Of a stretch of 64,000 nucleotides of DNA, positions 47,658 to 57,362 are shown in pieces (position 1 is the stretch's first letter; each line of letters begins with the position of its first letter). Source of the DNA: an uncultured virus (IMG/VR IMGVR_UViG_2671181139_000006) (taxonomy: Duplodnaviria; Heunggongvirae; Uroviricota; Caudoviricetes). The stretch is from IMG/VR virus record IMGVR_UViG_2671181139_000006; one strand, 5' to 3'. The position numbers and the translations under genes were made by a program. The notes beneath the pieces are model-generated. The model made no database searches. It was not told the DNA's origin and saw nothing but the letters and a program-made list of their open reading frames with translations.

Positions 47658-50600
47658 TTATCTACTTGGTTTTGCAGTCGTATTCCTTGTAATCTGCTTA
47701 GATTCAAATGAATTTGGATTACCCAAATTGGCAAAACCCTGTTTAACTGCTTTCTGCGCCTCTGCACGAACAACTTCAATCGTTACTGAGCCATCAGCGC
47801 CTTTACTTTCAATAAGTTCAACACCCTGAACACGATTGATGATTTGGATGTTAACTTGGCTATTACCCACTGGTTGACCTGAGTTAATGGCATTCAACGT
47901 ATCAACGCCTACTCTCTTAGTAGCTGCCGCATTCAATACATATTCCTGACCATGAACGACACCGGCAACATCACCTCGGCCCATGTTGCCTGTATAGCCG
48001 CCTGAAGAGAAGCCTTGCGGAGTTGCTGCTTGGATTAATGTAATAAAACTACTTGATTTAGCGGTTGCTATTGCAGCCTCAGCCAATTTGTTCCAAACGG
48101 TACCTTGGGCATTTGCATATGCATCAGATGCAGCTTTCCAAACATTCATACCAGCTTGAGCTAAAGCAAAGGCCTTTTGAGTTGCAAACAAAGTTTTATA
48201 AGCCGTTGATGATTCTCCTAGAATTGCACCAAACATTCCTGTAAATGCCCCAGTTACCGCTTGAGCTTGTGATAACTGTAGATTCAACGAGTCGTTCTGA
48301 TAAGTTGATTCAATCAATTTCAAACGCTCAAAGTGTTCCTTCATGATTTGTTCACGTTGTGCATTTAGAGCTACCATATTTGCATTTGGATCTTGTTCCT
48401 GAGTTTCAATATCAGCAAGCTGGCTATCAAATACTTTTTGAGAAGCATCATAACGGCTAAAGCGCTCCTGTTCTAAAGCGAATTGTCCACTATTACCAGT
48501 GATACTCGCCTGAATACCACCCCAGTTTTGAACAGCATTATTCACTTTATCGCGTGTCTCTTTATCCTGATTGGCTTTAGATAATGCCAGTCGCTTACGT
48601 TTCTCCTCCTCATCTTTTACTGTTTTAGCAATTTCTTCTCGCTCCAATCGGTAGCGTTCTCGTATTGCCTCAGTTTCTGTCAGTAGAGCTTGTTTAGCCT
48701 GAAAAAGACGTTGCTCTTGAGCTAGTTTTAATAACCCTAATTCTTGCTGTTTTTGCTGTTCCAGCAATTCAATGGCTTGCTTCTGCTCAGACTTACTTAA
48801 TTCAATGTCATGAGCTGCATTGAACTTTTTACGGTTAAAGTTCTCTTCAAGTAACTGTTCCTCAGTTTTCTGGAACTCCTTATAGTCTTCCAGTTTGCTT
48901 CTAATTGCTTGTTTGGCAATAGCCACATCATTATCAGCACGGCGCTGTAATTCTGCCTTAATTTCAGCTGTTCGTTCTGGCGAGAATCCTGCCTTATCAA
49001 CGTCTTCCAATCTAACTTTCAAATTATTCTGGATCCGCTGCACTTCAGAAGCTACTTCATTTTCAAGAGAGCGCTGAGCATCTAATTGACGATCAAGTTG
49101 AGACTGGATGTCACCTGCTGCTTTATCACTTCCCTTACTCGCACCACCTTTCACCTTGCTTTGCATCTTTGGAGATTGATGAAGCAACTTAAGAGATACA
49201 CCATCCTCAAAGATTACTTCACTGACATAACCACCACCCTTGCTGTCATACCATGTCTTGATATCTTTCACAGCAACATTAGTCGTGATCGGCGTTCCTT
49301 CAGGCATTGAAAAATCAATACCCTTATGAAATGAAGAAGCCCCTTTAGTAGGGGCTTTTCGTGGACCATAATTAGAACTGATCTTGTAGGAAGTTAAAGG
49401 TTTGCCTCCCGCCTGTAATCGAGCCAGATGTTCATTAGAAACTTTCTGGCCCGACATTGAGCCACCATATCGAACATCAAGATGTGGACCAGTACCAATA
49501 CCAGATTGACCGGAAATACCGACTAGACGTTTGCTGACCTTTTCTTGTTTCTCTAACTCTTTAGTACGTGCCTTATCCTTGTTTACAAGATTATCAAGAG
49601 CACTTTCCTGACTAACAATGCCCTTAATGATTTTGTCTTGTTCAACTGTGACGCCTGCAAAACCTTTTTTCTGATTTTCTCGATAGGTCTGTAACAGAAG
49701 CTCTGCTTCTTCTGCTGATCTCCCATATTTAGTGATCAGAACGGACTTAAAGTCTGCATCCCATTTGCGATCTGCAAGCGATTTATTGATGTCTTTAAGC
49801 TTTTTATTAAGCTCGGTTACGTCTTGAACCGCTCCTTTCGCTCCTTGACTCACATCATTAAAACCAGCTTTTGCATTGGCACCAGACGCGCGAACCTGAT
49901 TTAACTCTGCGTTTGTTTGTTTAACAGCTTTTGAGTTTTCATCTACTTTCTTCTTGCTATCAGCCAGCTGGTTAATTTGATCCGAACTGATGAACGAAAG
50001 TTGATTTAATCTATTGAAAGCTTGGTTTACATCAATAACGCCAGTTTTTAATTCTGCCCATATTCGATAAGCTTCAGCACTTTGCTTATTGTTGTCAGTG
50101 ATAGACTGAGTAAGTAACAAGAACTCGTTCTGAGATTTTGATAGTTGCGCATTTTGTAAACCTAACTGCTTTGTAAGCTCACCTTCCGCTGCACGCTTCT
50201 GCGCACCTTCAAGCTTCATTAGTTCATCAGCTGCCATACCAGCATAACGCGATTGCTTTTCAAGCATGTCATTGGCTTTATCGCCATTGTCTCGCATCAA
50301 AAGATATCCGGCAGCTAAACTTGCTACAGTAATCCCAATACCAACAGGTCCGCCAAGTAAACCTAAAAGCCGTGATCCTATCCCTACACTAGCCGCACCT
50401 GCCGCTGCCGATCTAGCTTGTGCTGTTGCCAGTGCACCTTCCGCTACTGCCAATTCACGCGTAACTTGAGCCTCAACCTTTTTGAGTTCAGCCATTCGAG
50501 TAATTGTAGCTGTTCTGCCTTGCTCGGAAATCTGAGATTTAAGGCGTTGAACCTCTAATGCTTTCTCAGCAGCTATTGCTGCCAAAGTTACTTGTGTATT

Positions 50601-51614
50601 AGCTACTAGAGTTTGTGTACTAATAACTTGTTGGGCTGCTGCGGTTCTTTCAGCTTGAATTGCGGTGTATTGAGCAAGAGTTTGTGCAGCCAACTCTTTA
50701 GTTTTTGCTGCGACAGCAACTCCGGACGCGTAAATTGCAGGGATATAAGTCCCCAGCCAATAAGCGCCACCAAGCATCATTGCTGTTGTTAATGTATCTA
50801 GGTTCCCTGCAAGTGTCTGGATAGAACCTGATAATGCCTGTGCAGCACCAGACCCTTTGCCTGACTCGCCAACAAACTTTGTAATTTCGTTATTTAGAAG
50901 GGTTAGAGATTGCCCAATAGTAATATCTGTCTTAGCAAAAAGTGCATCAACATCTTTTTCAACATTTCGGAGAGCTTTCACAATTTCCTGTGATGTGATT
51001 TTTCCTTCCGCTGCTACTGAACGCAACTCACCTACGGTAATCCCCATACCCTGAGCAATTGCTTTTGCTAATGCTGGGGTTTGTTCCATTACAGAGTTAA
51101 GCTCTTCACCACGTAGTGTCCCACTTGCTAGAGCCTGTCCGAATTGCACCAATGCAGCGTCTGCCGCTGATGCACTTGCACCACTAATTGCTACTGCTTT
51201 TGACACTGTTTCAGTCAAACGAGCAGTGTCATCCATTGTAAGATTCAATGTTTTAGCATTGTCACTAAAACGTTGGTAAACCTGTAAAACAGAATCCCAA
51301 GCGGAATATGTCTTCTGTGCAATTCGGAAAGTATCTTCTGTAGCCTTATTTAGTTCTGTTTGATTATTAGTGACTAATTTAAGGCGGTTTTGAAGACCTG
51401 TGTATGTATCCATTTTAGAAATGGCAGCACTAACAGTAACAAGCCCAGCCATATAACCTGCAAGTTCGCGTGTAGCGACAGACAATCCATCCATTGACTT
51501 AGTTGCAAAGTCACCTTTCCGCTCAATGCTATCTAACTCATTGCCTAGATTACGCGCATTACGCTCTGCATTTTTAGCATCAATTACAATGACGAGACGT
51601 GATTCTTGTGCCAT
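47658..51614 (-). CDS. Tape measure protein with embedded M23-like peptidase domain
   Basis: LRGEELNSVMEQ tape-measure motif; HKGID, TGPHLD; GF.SGGYTG..AGVVHGQEYV C-terminus. Confidence 0.92.
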   Translation of the reverse strand: MAQESRLVIVIDAKNAERNARNLGNELDSIERKGDFATKSMDGLSVATRELAGYMAGLVTVSAAISKMDTYTGLQNRLKLVTNNQTELNKATEDTFRIAQKTYSAWDSVLQVYQRFSDNAKTLNLTMDDTARLTETVSKAVAISGASASAADAALVQFGQALASGTLRGEELNSVMEQTPALAKAIAQGMGITVGELRSVAAEGKITSQEIVKALRNVEKDVDALFAKTDITIGQSLTLLNNEITKFVGESGKGSGAAQALSGSIQTLAGNLDTLTTAMMLGGAYWLGTYIPAIYASGVAVAAKTKELAAQTLAQYTAIQAERTAAAQQVISTQTLVANTQVTLAAIAAEKALEVQRLKSQISEQGRTATITRMAELKKVEAQVTRELAVAEGALATAQARSAAAGAASVGIGSRLLGLLGGPVGIGITVASLAAGYLLMRDNGDKANDMLEKQSRYAGMAADELMKLEGAQKRAAEGELTKQLGLQNAQLSKSQNEFLLLTQSITDNNKQSAEAYRIWAELKTGVIDVNQAFNRLNQLSFISSDQINQLADSKKKVDENSKAVKQTNAELNQVRASGANAKAGFNDVSQGAKGAVQDVTELNKKLKDINKSLADRKWDADFKSVLITKYGRSAEEAELLLQTYRENQKKGFAGVTVEQDKIIKGIVSQESALDNLVNKDKARTKELEKQEKVSKRLVGISGQSGIGTGPHLDVRYGGSMSGQKVSNEHLARLQAGGKPLTSYKISSNYGPRKAPTKGASSFHKGIDFSMPEGTPITTNVAVKDIKTWYDSKGGGYVSEVIFEDGVSLKLLHQSPKMQSKVKGGASKGSDKAAGDIQSQLDRQLDAQRSLENEVASEVQRIQNNLKVRLEDVDKAGFSPERTAEIKAELQRRADNDVAIAKQAIRSKLEDYKEFQKTEEQLLEENFNRKKFNAAHDIELSKSEQKQAIELLEQQKQQELGLLKLAQEQRLFQAKQALLTETEAIRERYRLEREEIAKTVKDEEEKRKRLALSKANQDKETRDKVNNAVQNWGGIQASITGNSGQFALEQERFSRYDASQKVFDSQLADIETQEQDPNANMVALNAQREQIMKEHFERLKLIESTYQNDSLNLQLSQAQAVTGAFTGMFGAILGESSTAYKTLFATQKAFALAQAGMNVWKAASDAYANAQGTVWNKLAEAAIATAKSSSFITLIQAATPQGFSSGGYTGNMGRGDVAGVVHGQEYVLNAAATKRVGVDTLNAINSGQPVGNSQVNIQIINRVQGVELIESKGADGSVTIEVVRAEAQKAVKQGFANLGNPNSFESKQITRNTTAKPSR

Positions 51615-51728
51615 CTTACTTTCCTCTAGGCAATAAAAAACCCACTCAATGAGTGGGCTGGTAAGGTTAATTAGATCAGTTAATTCATTAAATCCAAATA
51701 TGGAATTTTGGGATTATTGAAAACTTAT

Positions 51729-52457
51729 CTATCTGAATAGAACAAATACTAAAAACATTAAACAGCAAAATACAATTATTCCCGAAATTGTATGGGTAAG
51801 ATTGATATTAGAAACTTCTTTCTCTAGCACCTGCTGGTTGATTTTTGCCGTTTCGTCATTTAACGCATTAGTATGTGCGATCATCTCATCAGTCATAAGA
51901 TTTAGAAATTTCTCTTGATCTTCATAACTGAATTTTTCAATAAAATGATTCTGCATATCACTTAAATCATTGGATGCTTGGTAAAGGCTTATGCCTTGTG
52001 AGTCAGCAAGAGACTTCATTACCTCGCTTCTTCGGTATACCAATTTCCGTATATTTTCTCTAGTAAAAGGATAATTGACTTGCATTCCATACAATTCACC
52101 AGCAATACCTGTTTCTAAAAATACTGCACTATTGCTAGGAATATTGCTCTCCAAACAGAACCATTCACTTGGTGCTGCATTAATTTCTTCTGAATGGATT
52201 TTTTCGAAATTATCTTTATCCTCTTTTGATATATCTTTAAAAAAGTTTTCAAAGATATCTGCAACCTCTAGGAGTGCTTGATCTTCCGTTAAACTTTTTT
52301 CAGCCTGTAAAGCTTTTTTAAATTCTAATTGTTTTCTCAGGACATCTCTTATTTCACCTCGACTAATTGGTGAATGCACTTTAATCCCAAAAATCTCACC
52401 TAAAACCGTCTTTTGCATAATCTTCTCTTTTAATTCCCTTATATCACGAAAACTCAT
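51729..52457 (-). CDS. Moron: duplicated helical domain + C-terminal TM
   Basis: Two similar GE.[FY]G..V..P..R..IR units; hydrophobic tail. Confidence 0.65.
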   Translation of the reverse strand: MSFRDIRELKEKIMQKTVLGEIFGIKVHSPISRGEIRDVLRKQLEFKKALQAEKSLTEDQALLEVADIFENFFKDISKEDKDNFEKIHSEEINAAPSEWFCLESNIPSNSAVFLETGIAGELYGMQVNYPFTRENIRKLVYRRSEVMKSLADSQGISLYQASNDLSDMQNHFIEKFSYEDQEKFLNLMTDEMIAHTNALNDETAKINQQVLEKEVSNINLTHTISGIIVFCCLMFLVFVLFR

Positions 52458-53085
52458 CCAATTTCATTAAATTATCAGCATTGAAATTCGGGCAAATATC
52501 ACAGTTAAACTTAACAGCCTGTGCTTGAAGTTGGGATTGAAGTGAGGCTGGGTGATCCTTGCTTAAGTATCTATGAGAATTGGCAAGAAGTTTACAAGGG
52601 TGTATCCACTTTGTTGCCTCTTTTTTCTCAGCTCTTGGTATAAATTCATCTTCTCTTTTGACAAGGTTGAGTTCAAATACTAAAGGGCCTGTATTTTGTG
52701 GTTCACCAACATCCTCTACAACTTGAAAACAATAAGCTTTCTTGTCTGTAGCCCGAAATGAATCCCTAAAACAACCAAGCATTTCTGAAAGTAGTCTTGT
52801 TCTATTAACTGGCTGCCCATTAAGAAAAATATGAACACCTTTCCAGAATAGAGCTAAATCCATAATTGCTTTTATTAAGCTAACATTCTTTAGGTTTATC
52901 TCAAATGAAGAAAGGTAATATATTGATTTACCATCTTTGATTTCTTCAAATGTGTCTGCAAGTTTTGCCAAACTTAATGCTGCCTGAAAGTTCTGTGACT
53001 TTGATTTCGGGAAAGCAATAACAAAATGCGCATCAACTGATTTAACAATTAACTGTGCTTGCACTTCGGGGTGAAGTTCATACAC
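52444..53085 (-). CDS. Moron: hypothetical protein with Cys motifs
   Basis: HPCKLL, CDICPNF; overlaps next gene. Confidence 0.7.
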   Translation of the reverse strand: MYELHPEVQAQLIVKSVDAHFVIAFPKSKSQNFQAALSLAKLADTFEEIKDGKSIYYLSSFEINLKNVSLIKAIMDLALFWKGVHIFLNGQPVNRTRLLSEMLGCFRDSFRATDKKAYCFQVVEDVGEPQNTGPLVFELNLVKREDEFIPRAEKKEATKWIHPCKLLANSHRYLSKDHPASLQSQLQAQAVKFNCDICPNFNADNLMKLDEFS

Positions 53086-53101
53086 GCAATATCCCCTTTA
53101 C

Positions 53102-53344
53102 CTACTTCTCAATAGTAATCTTAAATTTTTCCAACCTGCTTGAAAGCTCTTCCATAAGTTCCTCAGTAGTGAGTTCAGATTTATTAACCCTTCCGCTACT
53201 TAAACTTTGTTGCAGCCTGTGAACAACCTCCGCGTTAAGCGACCTACTATTTTCAATTGCTGCATGCTCTATTTCTTTCTTTAGCTCTGTAGGCACTCGA
53301 ATATTGATTTGCGGGTCAGCTCTAGACATCACTTTGAAGCTCAA
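53102..53344 (-). CDS. Arc/Mnt-family RHH repressor (mnt-like)
   Basis: DPQINIRVP.ELK..A.ENSRSLNAEVV.RL. Confidence 0.88.
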   Translation of the reverse strand: MSFKVMSRADPQINIRVPTELKKEIEHAAIENSRSLNAEVVHRLQQSLSSGRVNKSELTTEELMEELSSRLEKFKITIEK

Positions 53345-53367
53345 AAAACTTTTTATAAGAATAATAG

Positions 53368-53423
53368 TATTACGGTGCTTGACACAATAGCATCACCGTT
53401 ATATAAATATATCACCGTTATAC
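53368..53423 (+). promoter_or_regulatory. Pant-like promoter TTGACA-17-TATAAA with ATCACCGTTATA operator repeats
   Basis: -35 53379-53384, -10 53402-53407; two direct and one inverted CACCGT sites. Confidence 0.7.
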
Positions 53424-53436
53424 ATTGGAGTTCCAA

Positions 53437-53592
53437 ATGGCTAGAAAAGACCCCCAGATTAATATTCGAGTTCCAGAAGAAACTCTTGATAAATTAAAAA
53501 TTGAAACTGAAAAAGAGCATCGAAGCTTAACAGCGCAAGTAAACCTTCTTATTGAAGACTGGTTGCTTAAGCGTTCAAATCAACAAGCATAA
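53437..53592 (+). CDS. Arc-family RHH repressor, 51 aa (absent from ORF track)
   Basis: MARKDPQINIRVPEETLDKLK..HRSLTAQVN; GGAG SD. Confidence 0.85.
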   Translation: MARKDPQINIRVPEETLDKLKIETEKEHRSLTAQVNLLIEDWLLKRSNQQA

Positions 53593-53666
53593 ATACAAAG
53601 AAACCCCTTGCCGACTCTCACATCAAACAAGGGGTTATGTATCATTCCAAGCAAAGGAAAATCAAC

Positions 53667-54563
53667 ATGACAAGTTTAGCATTAACTTTTAACGAAGTGA
53701 ACTTTTCTCCTGTACAACACAACAACCAAATTTGGTTAACAGCAAGTGAGCTTGCAAAAGCTCTAGGTTATGCAAAATCTGATGCAGTTACTCAAATCTA
53801 CGAGCGAAACAAACATGAGTTTACACCTGAAATGACAACGACCCTCAAAATGAGTGTCGTTAGAAAAACTGGCTCTGTAGTAATGGAGAACCGTGTCTTT
53901 AACTCTAGAGGATGTCACTTAATCACCTTCTTTGCTCGCACATCAGTTGCAGCGCAATTCCGCAAATGGGTACTTGATGTTCTTGATAAGGAAATTGGTG
54001 CACCAGTTGCCAAAACCCATAAATCAGAACGTGAACCTTTAACAAGTGCCGTAAATCTGCTTGTAGCTAAAACAAAGCACCTAAACTACAGCGATGCTTA
54101 TAAATTGGTTCACCAACGCTTCAATGTTCTGCATATTGATGAAATTCCATATGATGTAATTCCTGTGGCGGTTGAATATGTTCACCACTTGATCGCTATG
54201 TACAGCAAGGCTGAAAAACAAGGTTCTTTGTTTGATGAAGATCAATTTAAGCTGCTCAAGAACCTAATTGATGCAATTATTTCCCAAAACTTTGCTACCA
54301 GTCGAATCTATCGAGCAGTACATATGCTTGACAACGAGCAAGGACACTACTTAGCTGAATATGCTTTTAAAACTAATATTGCAGTTCTAAAACTTACTCG
54401 GGCAATGGATTTAAGAGGGCCACTTAATAGAAAAATCATTAGTGATGATTTAAAAACCATAAGCTACACAACAGGCAATCAACATTATAGCGACCGTTGG
54501 TTTCATCCATTGATGGAATCGGGAATGCTAGCTGGTGCTTTGCGAATTTCTGGTGGTTGGTAG
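53667..54563 (+). CDS. Antirepressor (Bro-N domain, P22 Ant-like)
   Basis: IWLTASELAKALGY, GCHLI.FFART.VA.QFRKWVLD. Confidence 0.85.
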   Translation: MTSLALTFNEVNFSPVQHNNQIWLTASELAKALGYAKSDAVTQIYERNKHEFTPEMTTTLKMSVVRKTGSVVMENRVFNSRGCHLITFFARTSVAAQFRKWVLDVLDKEIGAPVAKTHKSEREPLTSAVNLLVAKTKHLNYSDAYKLVHQRFNVLHIDEIPYDVIPVAVEYVHHLIAMYSKAEKQGSLFDEDQFKLLKNLIDAIISQNFATSRIYRAVHMLDNEQGHYLAEYAFKTNIAVLKLTRAMDLRGPLNRKIISDDLKTISYTTGNQHYSDRWFHPLMESGMLAGALRISGGW

Positions 54564-54567
54564 TCTT

Positions 54568-54648
54568 CTAACAAAAAAGCCCTTCGGGGCTTTCTTTATT
54601 GCCATTTTTGGTTGCGATGCCACGTTTAGTTCGACGATGTTGAGACAT
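54568..54648 (-). pseudogene. Truncated gene remnant MSQHRRTKRGIATKNGN... running into terminator
   Basis: 26-aa ORF whose coding-like start is fused to a terminator hairpin. Confidence 0.35.
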
Positions 54649-54659
54649 TAATTAGATAT

Positions 54660-54881
54660 TTATAATGAGTTAAGTTCAGGTTGTTTGTTGCGCAAGTCAC
54701 ATGCGATTCTATTGGTAGCTTTTGTCATGTTTTTACCGACTGCTTCCCAATGTTTTGCTGCATTACCAATTGGTCGCGGATCTTCCATTTTTGCAGGCTC
54801 AACAGCATGTACTGGGACACGAGGTGCTAATACAAAAGCTGCTAGCAGACCTTCTGTAAAGTACTTCATACCTTTGTTCAT
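54660..54881 (-). CDS. Small moron hypothetical protein
   Basis: ORF with own promoter-like upstream region. Confidence 0.6.
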   Translation of the reverse strand: MNKGMKYFTEGLLAAFVLAPRVPVHAVEPAKMEDPRPIGNAAKHWEAVGKNMTKATNRIACDLRNKQPELNSL

Positions 54882-55110
54882 TTTTTATCGCCCTTATATT
54901 TAATGGGTGTCATAAAACATACAATTTTTATGACAGAAAAACCCTCTTATCATTTGATAACAGGGTCTCTATAGGAACAAGGGTACGCACTAATGACATT
55001 TCTGTCAATAAGGAATCTTTACGGGAATGTCAAGAGAATAGGCGTATTATGTAACATCAAGTGCGCTATATCACGTCGCTTGTTCACAGTTAAGTATCGC
55101 ACGTCAGCAT

Positions 55111-55473
55111 TTAAGTCTTCGTCGCTCGTTGCGTCGCCTTCTTATGCGCCTCATCCAAGAACATATCATCGAGTGTAAAAATGCAGTCATTAAAGATGTA
55201 ACGCTCAACCGGTAAATCATATTGCTCAACATAAGCATTAATTGCTGAGATATCTAACGCCAGAGGAACACCTTGTTCATAGCGTCTAGATCGTGCAATA
55301 GTGTTATATGCGGATAGTATGACGTTGGCTACATACGAATAGTCAGGTTTAGTTAAAACCTTAGTGTTGTTGAGATTTAAAGCTTTTGCGACTGCGCTTT
55401 GCTTTTTACTGTAGTCGCTCGCTTCTTCTTCTGAGCCGAACTTTGTCCACTCGTAGAGGCTGACGACTTTCCC
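55111..55473 (-). CDS. -1 frameshift extension of tail chaperone (lambda gpGT-like)
   Basis: G GGA AAG slippery site 55467-55473; -1 frame open to 55111. Confidence 0.8.
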   Translation of the reverse strand, partial: GKVVSLYEWTKFGSEEEASDYSKKQSAVAKALNLNNTKVLTKPDYSYVANVILSAYNTIARSRRYEQGVPLALDISAINAYVEQYDLPVERYIFNDCIFTLDDMFLDEAHKKATQRATKT

Positions 55474-55910
55474 ACAACATCATCTCGATATTGATTTGCT
55501 TCAGCTTGGATCTTTTCAGATTCAGTGCGGATAAAAGACCAAATAGAAACACCTAAATCGCCCATATTGAGCAACTTAAATGCATTTTCGCCATTGAAAG
55601 TAGGCTCTGTTTTTACCAGCTCACCTTCAGGACCTTCTTCAACAAAAACCACACCTTTCCAGTCTTCAATTAAATGGCATGCAACTGCTTCTAAAACTAA
55701 TTCATGAAAGAGCTTATCTTCTGCTGTTGCCTTTGCTACGTCAAAGCCTTTTGATGAGATCTGGTTATTTGCTCGTTCAAGTGCCACCTGATAAGGCTTA
55801 TATCCAATACCACGGATCTTAAACTCAGCAAGTACATTGCCTTCAGTATCTTTGTATTCGCGCCACAAACTGACGTCTTTATTTCTTTGAATATTGACTT
55901 CAAGAGCCAT
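55377..55910 (-). CDS. Tail assembly chaperone
   Basis: After tail tube; HLIEDWKGV; slippery site. Confidence 0.82.
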   Translation of the reverse strand: MALEVNIQRNKDVSLWREYKDTEGNVLAEFKIRGIGYKPYQVALERANNQISSKGFDVAKATAEDKLFHELVLEAVACHLIEDWKGVVFVEEGPEGELVKTEPTFNGENAFKLLNMGDLGVSIWSFIRTESEKIQAEANQYRDDVVGKSSASTSGQSSAQKKKRATTVKSKAQSQKL

Positions 55911-55958
55911 GTTATATCTCCAAAAAAAGCAGCCCTAAGGCTGCTATCAGATTAATAT

Positions 55959-56888
55959 TTAAGGCGCAGGAACTGCTGCTGGTGTACGAGTAATTGTTGG
56001 TGCTACTTCTACGACTTTATATTCGAATGAAGCATTTAAAAGATCTGAATTACCACCACTAGGTAATGGAGCTGTAATTTCAGCTTTAGGAATAAAAATT
56101 TCATATTTATTCCCATCTGTATCAGTGATTGGAACTTTTAATGAAATCGTTTTGTTAGTGAATTGCTTTTCATACATATCGGATGTATTGCGTGACCAAG
56201 CTGCGGTAAATGAGCCAGTACCTGCAGCAAGCATTTCAAGGATTGCACGTGCATCAATCCCTCCACCTAAACAGCGTTGTAGCTGCATGGTGTTATCCCA
56301 ATTAAATGTAAAAGCGGTCAAGCATGAAATCCCTGCTTGAGAAACTCCATCAATCAAAATGTCACCTACAGAGACATTCGACATTTTGGGATTGTTATCT
56401 GCAGCTGTAATTGTTCCAGCTGGTGCTGAAGAAAAGTTTGTTCGACCGAGAGCCATTAGGCCAAAAGTCATTGTAATTAAGCCAGCTTCAGGAATATCAA
56501 TTCCAAAAGTGTTTACATGACATCCACGGAAAACATGGTAGTCATTTACATCATCAAAGCCGCGTAAAACTGAGAATGTTTGGCGAAGAGTACCCCCAAA
56601 AGTTAAAACATTAGATGCCCAGTTATTAAAAGCTGCTGCGGCCATCAGATCTTGAACTAAGGGGCTATATTTTGCCTCACATTTTAATTCACCGGCATAC
56701 TCTGCACCGGTGATCATTGACGCTCGTGCAATACGTCCGCTGGTAATTGAATTTGAATCCTCTTTTGTTACTGTTGCATCTAAGCCATTTTCAGTAAATT
56801 CAAAAGTTGTACGTGCGAAGGGTGATGGTGTGGTACCAACAGTGGTTTCCTTCGCGATTTGTGTTATCTGACGTGCACCAGAACTCAT
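55959..56888 (-). CDS. Major tail tube protein
   Basis: MSSGA..KET..GTTP, FRGC.V; position. Confidence 0.85.
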   Translation of the reverse strand: MSSGARQITQIAKETTVGTTPSPFARTTFEFTENGLDATVTKEDSNSITSGRIARASMITGAEYAGELKCEAKYSPLVQDLMAAAAFNNWASNVLTFGGTLRQTFSVLRGFDDVNDYHVFRGCHVNTFGIDIPEAGLITMTFGLMALGRTNFSSAPAGTITAADNNPKMSNVSVGDILIDGVSQAGISCLTAFTFNWDNTMQLQRCLGGGIDARAILEMLAAGTGSFTAAWSRNTSDMYEKQFTNKTISLKVPITDTDGNKYEIFIPKAEITAPLPSGGNSDLLNASFEYKVVEVAPTITRTPAAVPAP

Positions 56889-56954
56889 CTAAGTTCTCCT
56901 TAATTTTCGGGCATTAAAAAGCCCTCGAATTGAGGGCGTTGGATATTTAAATTG

Positions 56955-57362
56955 TTAACAATGACCACGTTGCCGAGCACCGTCGTGCTTTGGTTCCCAT
57001 CGAAAGGCATCTGCAATACGTCCAGTTGGCCCTCCATCAAGTAGATCACCATCTGCAATCATTGCAGCCTGCAAGCGCTCATATTTGTCTAAAGTTTCTA
57101 TTAAATTGAAAAGAGGTCTATGCGTCATAATGATTTTGCATTTGGGGAACGCCTGTTTTATTTGTTGATACTTTTCTTCAAAGTTATGCATATTCGCTTT
57201 TGAAGCTGCCTGAACAACAAACTTAACTTCATCACAAATAAAATCTACTTCCTCATCTAAATCATTTGCTAAACGACAAGCAAAAATTAGGTAAGCATCA
57301 AAATTAAGTAAATCCATAATTAGACTCCCAGTTCCAATAAACCGAGATTCTGATTTAGCCAA
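56955..57362 (-). CDS. Hypothetical moron protein (start likely 57317)
   Basis: Coupled downstream of antirepressor-like gene. Confidence 0.6.
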   Translation of the reverse strand: MAKSESRFIGTGSLIMDLLNFDAYLIFACRLANDLDEEVDFICDEVKFVVQAASKANMHNFEEKYQQIKQAFPKCKIIMTHRPLFNLIETLDKYERLQAAMIADGDLLDGGPTGRIADAFRWEPKHDGARQRGHC

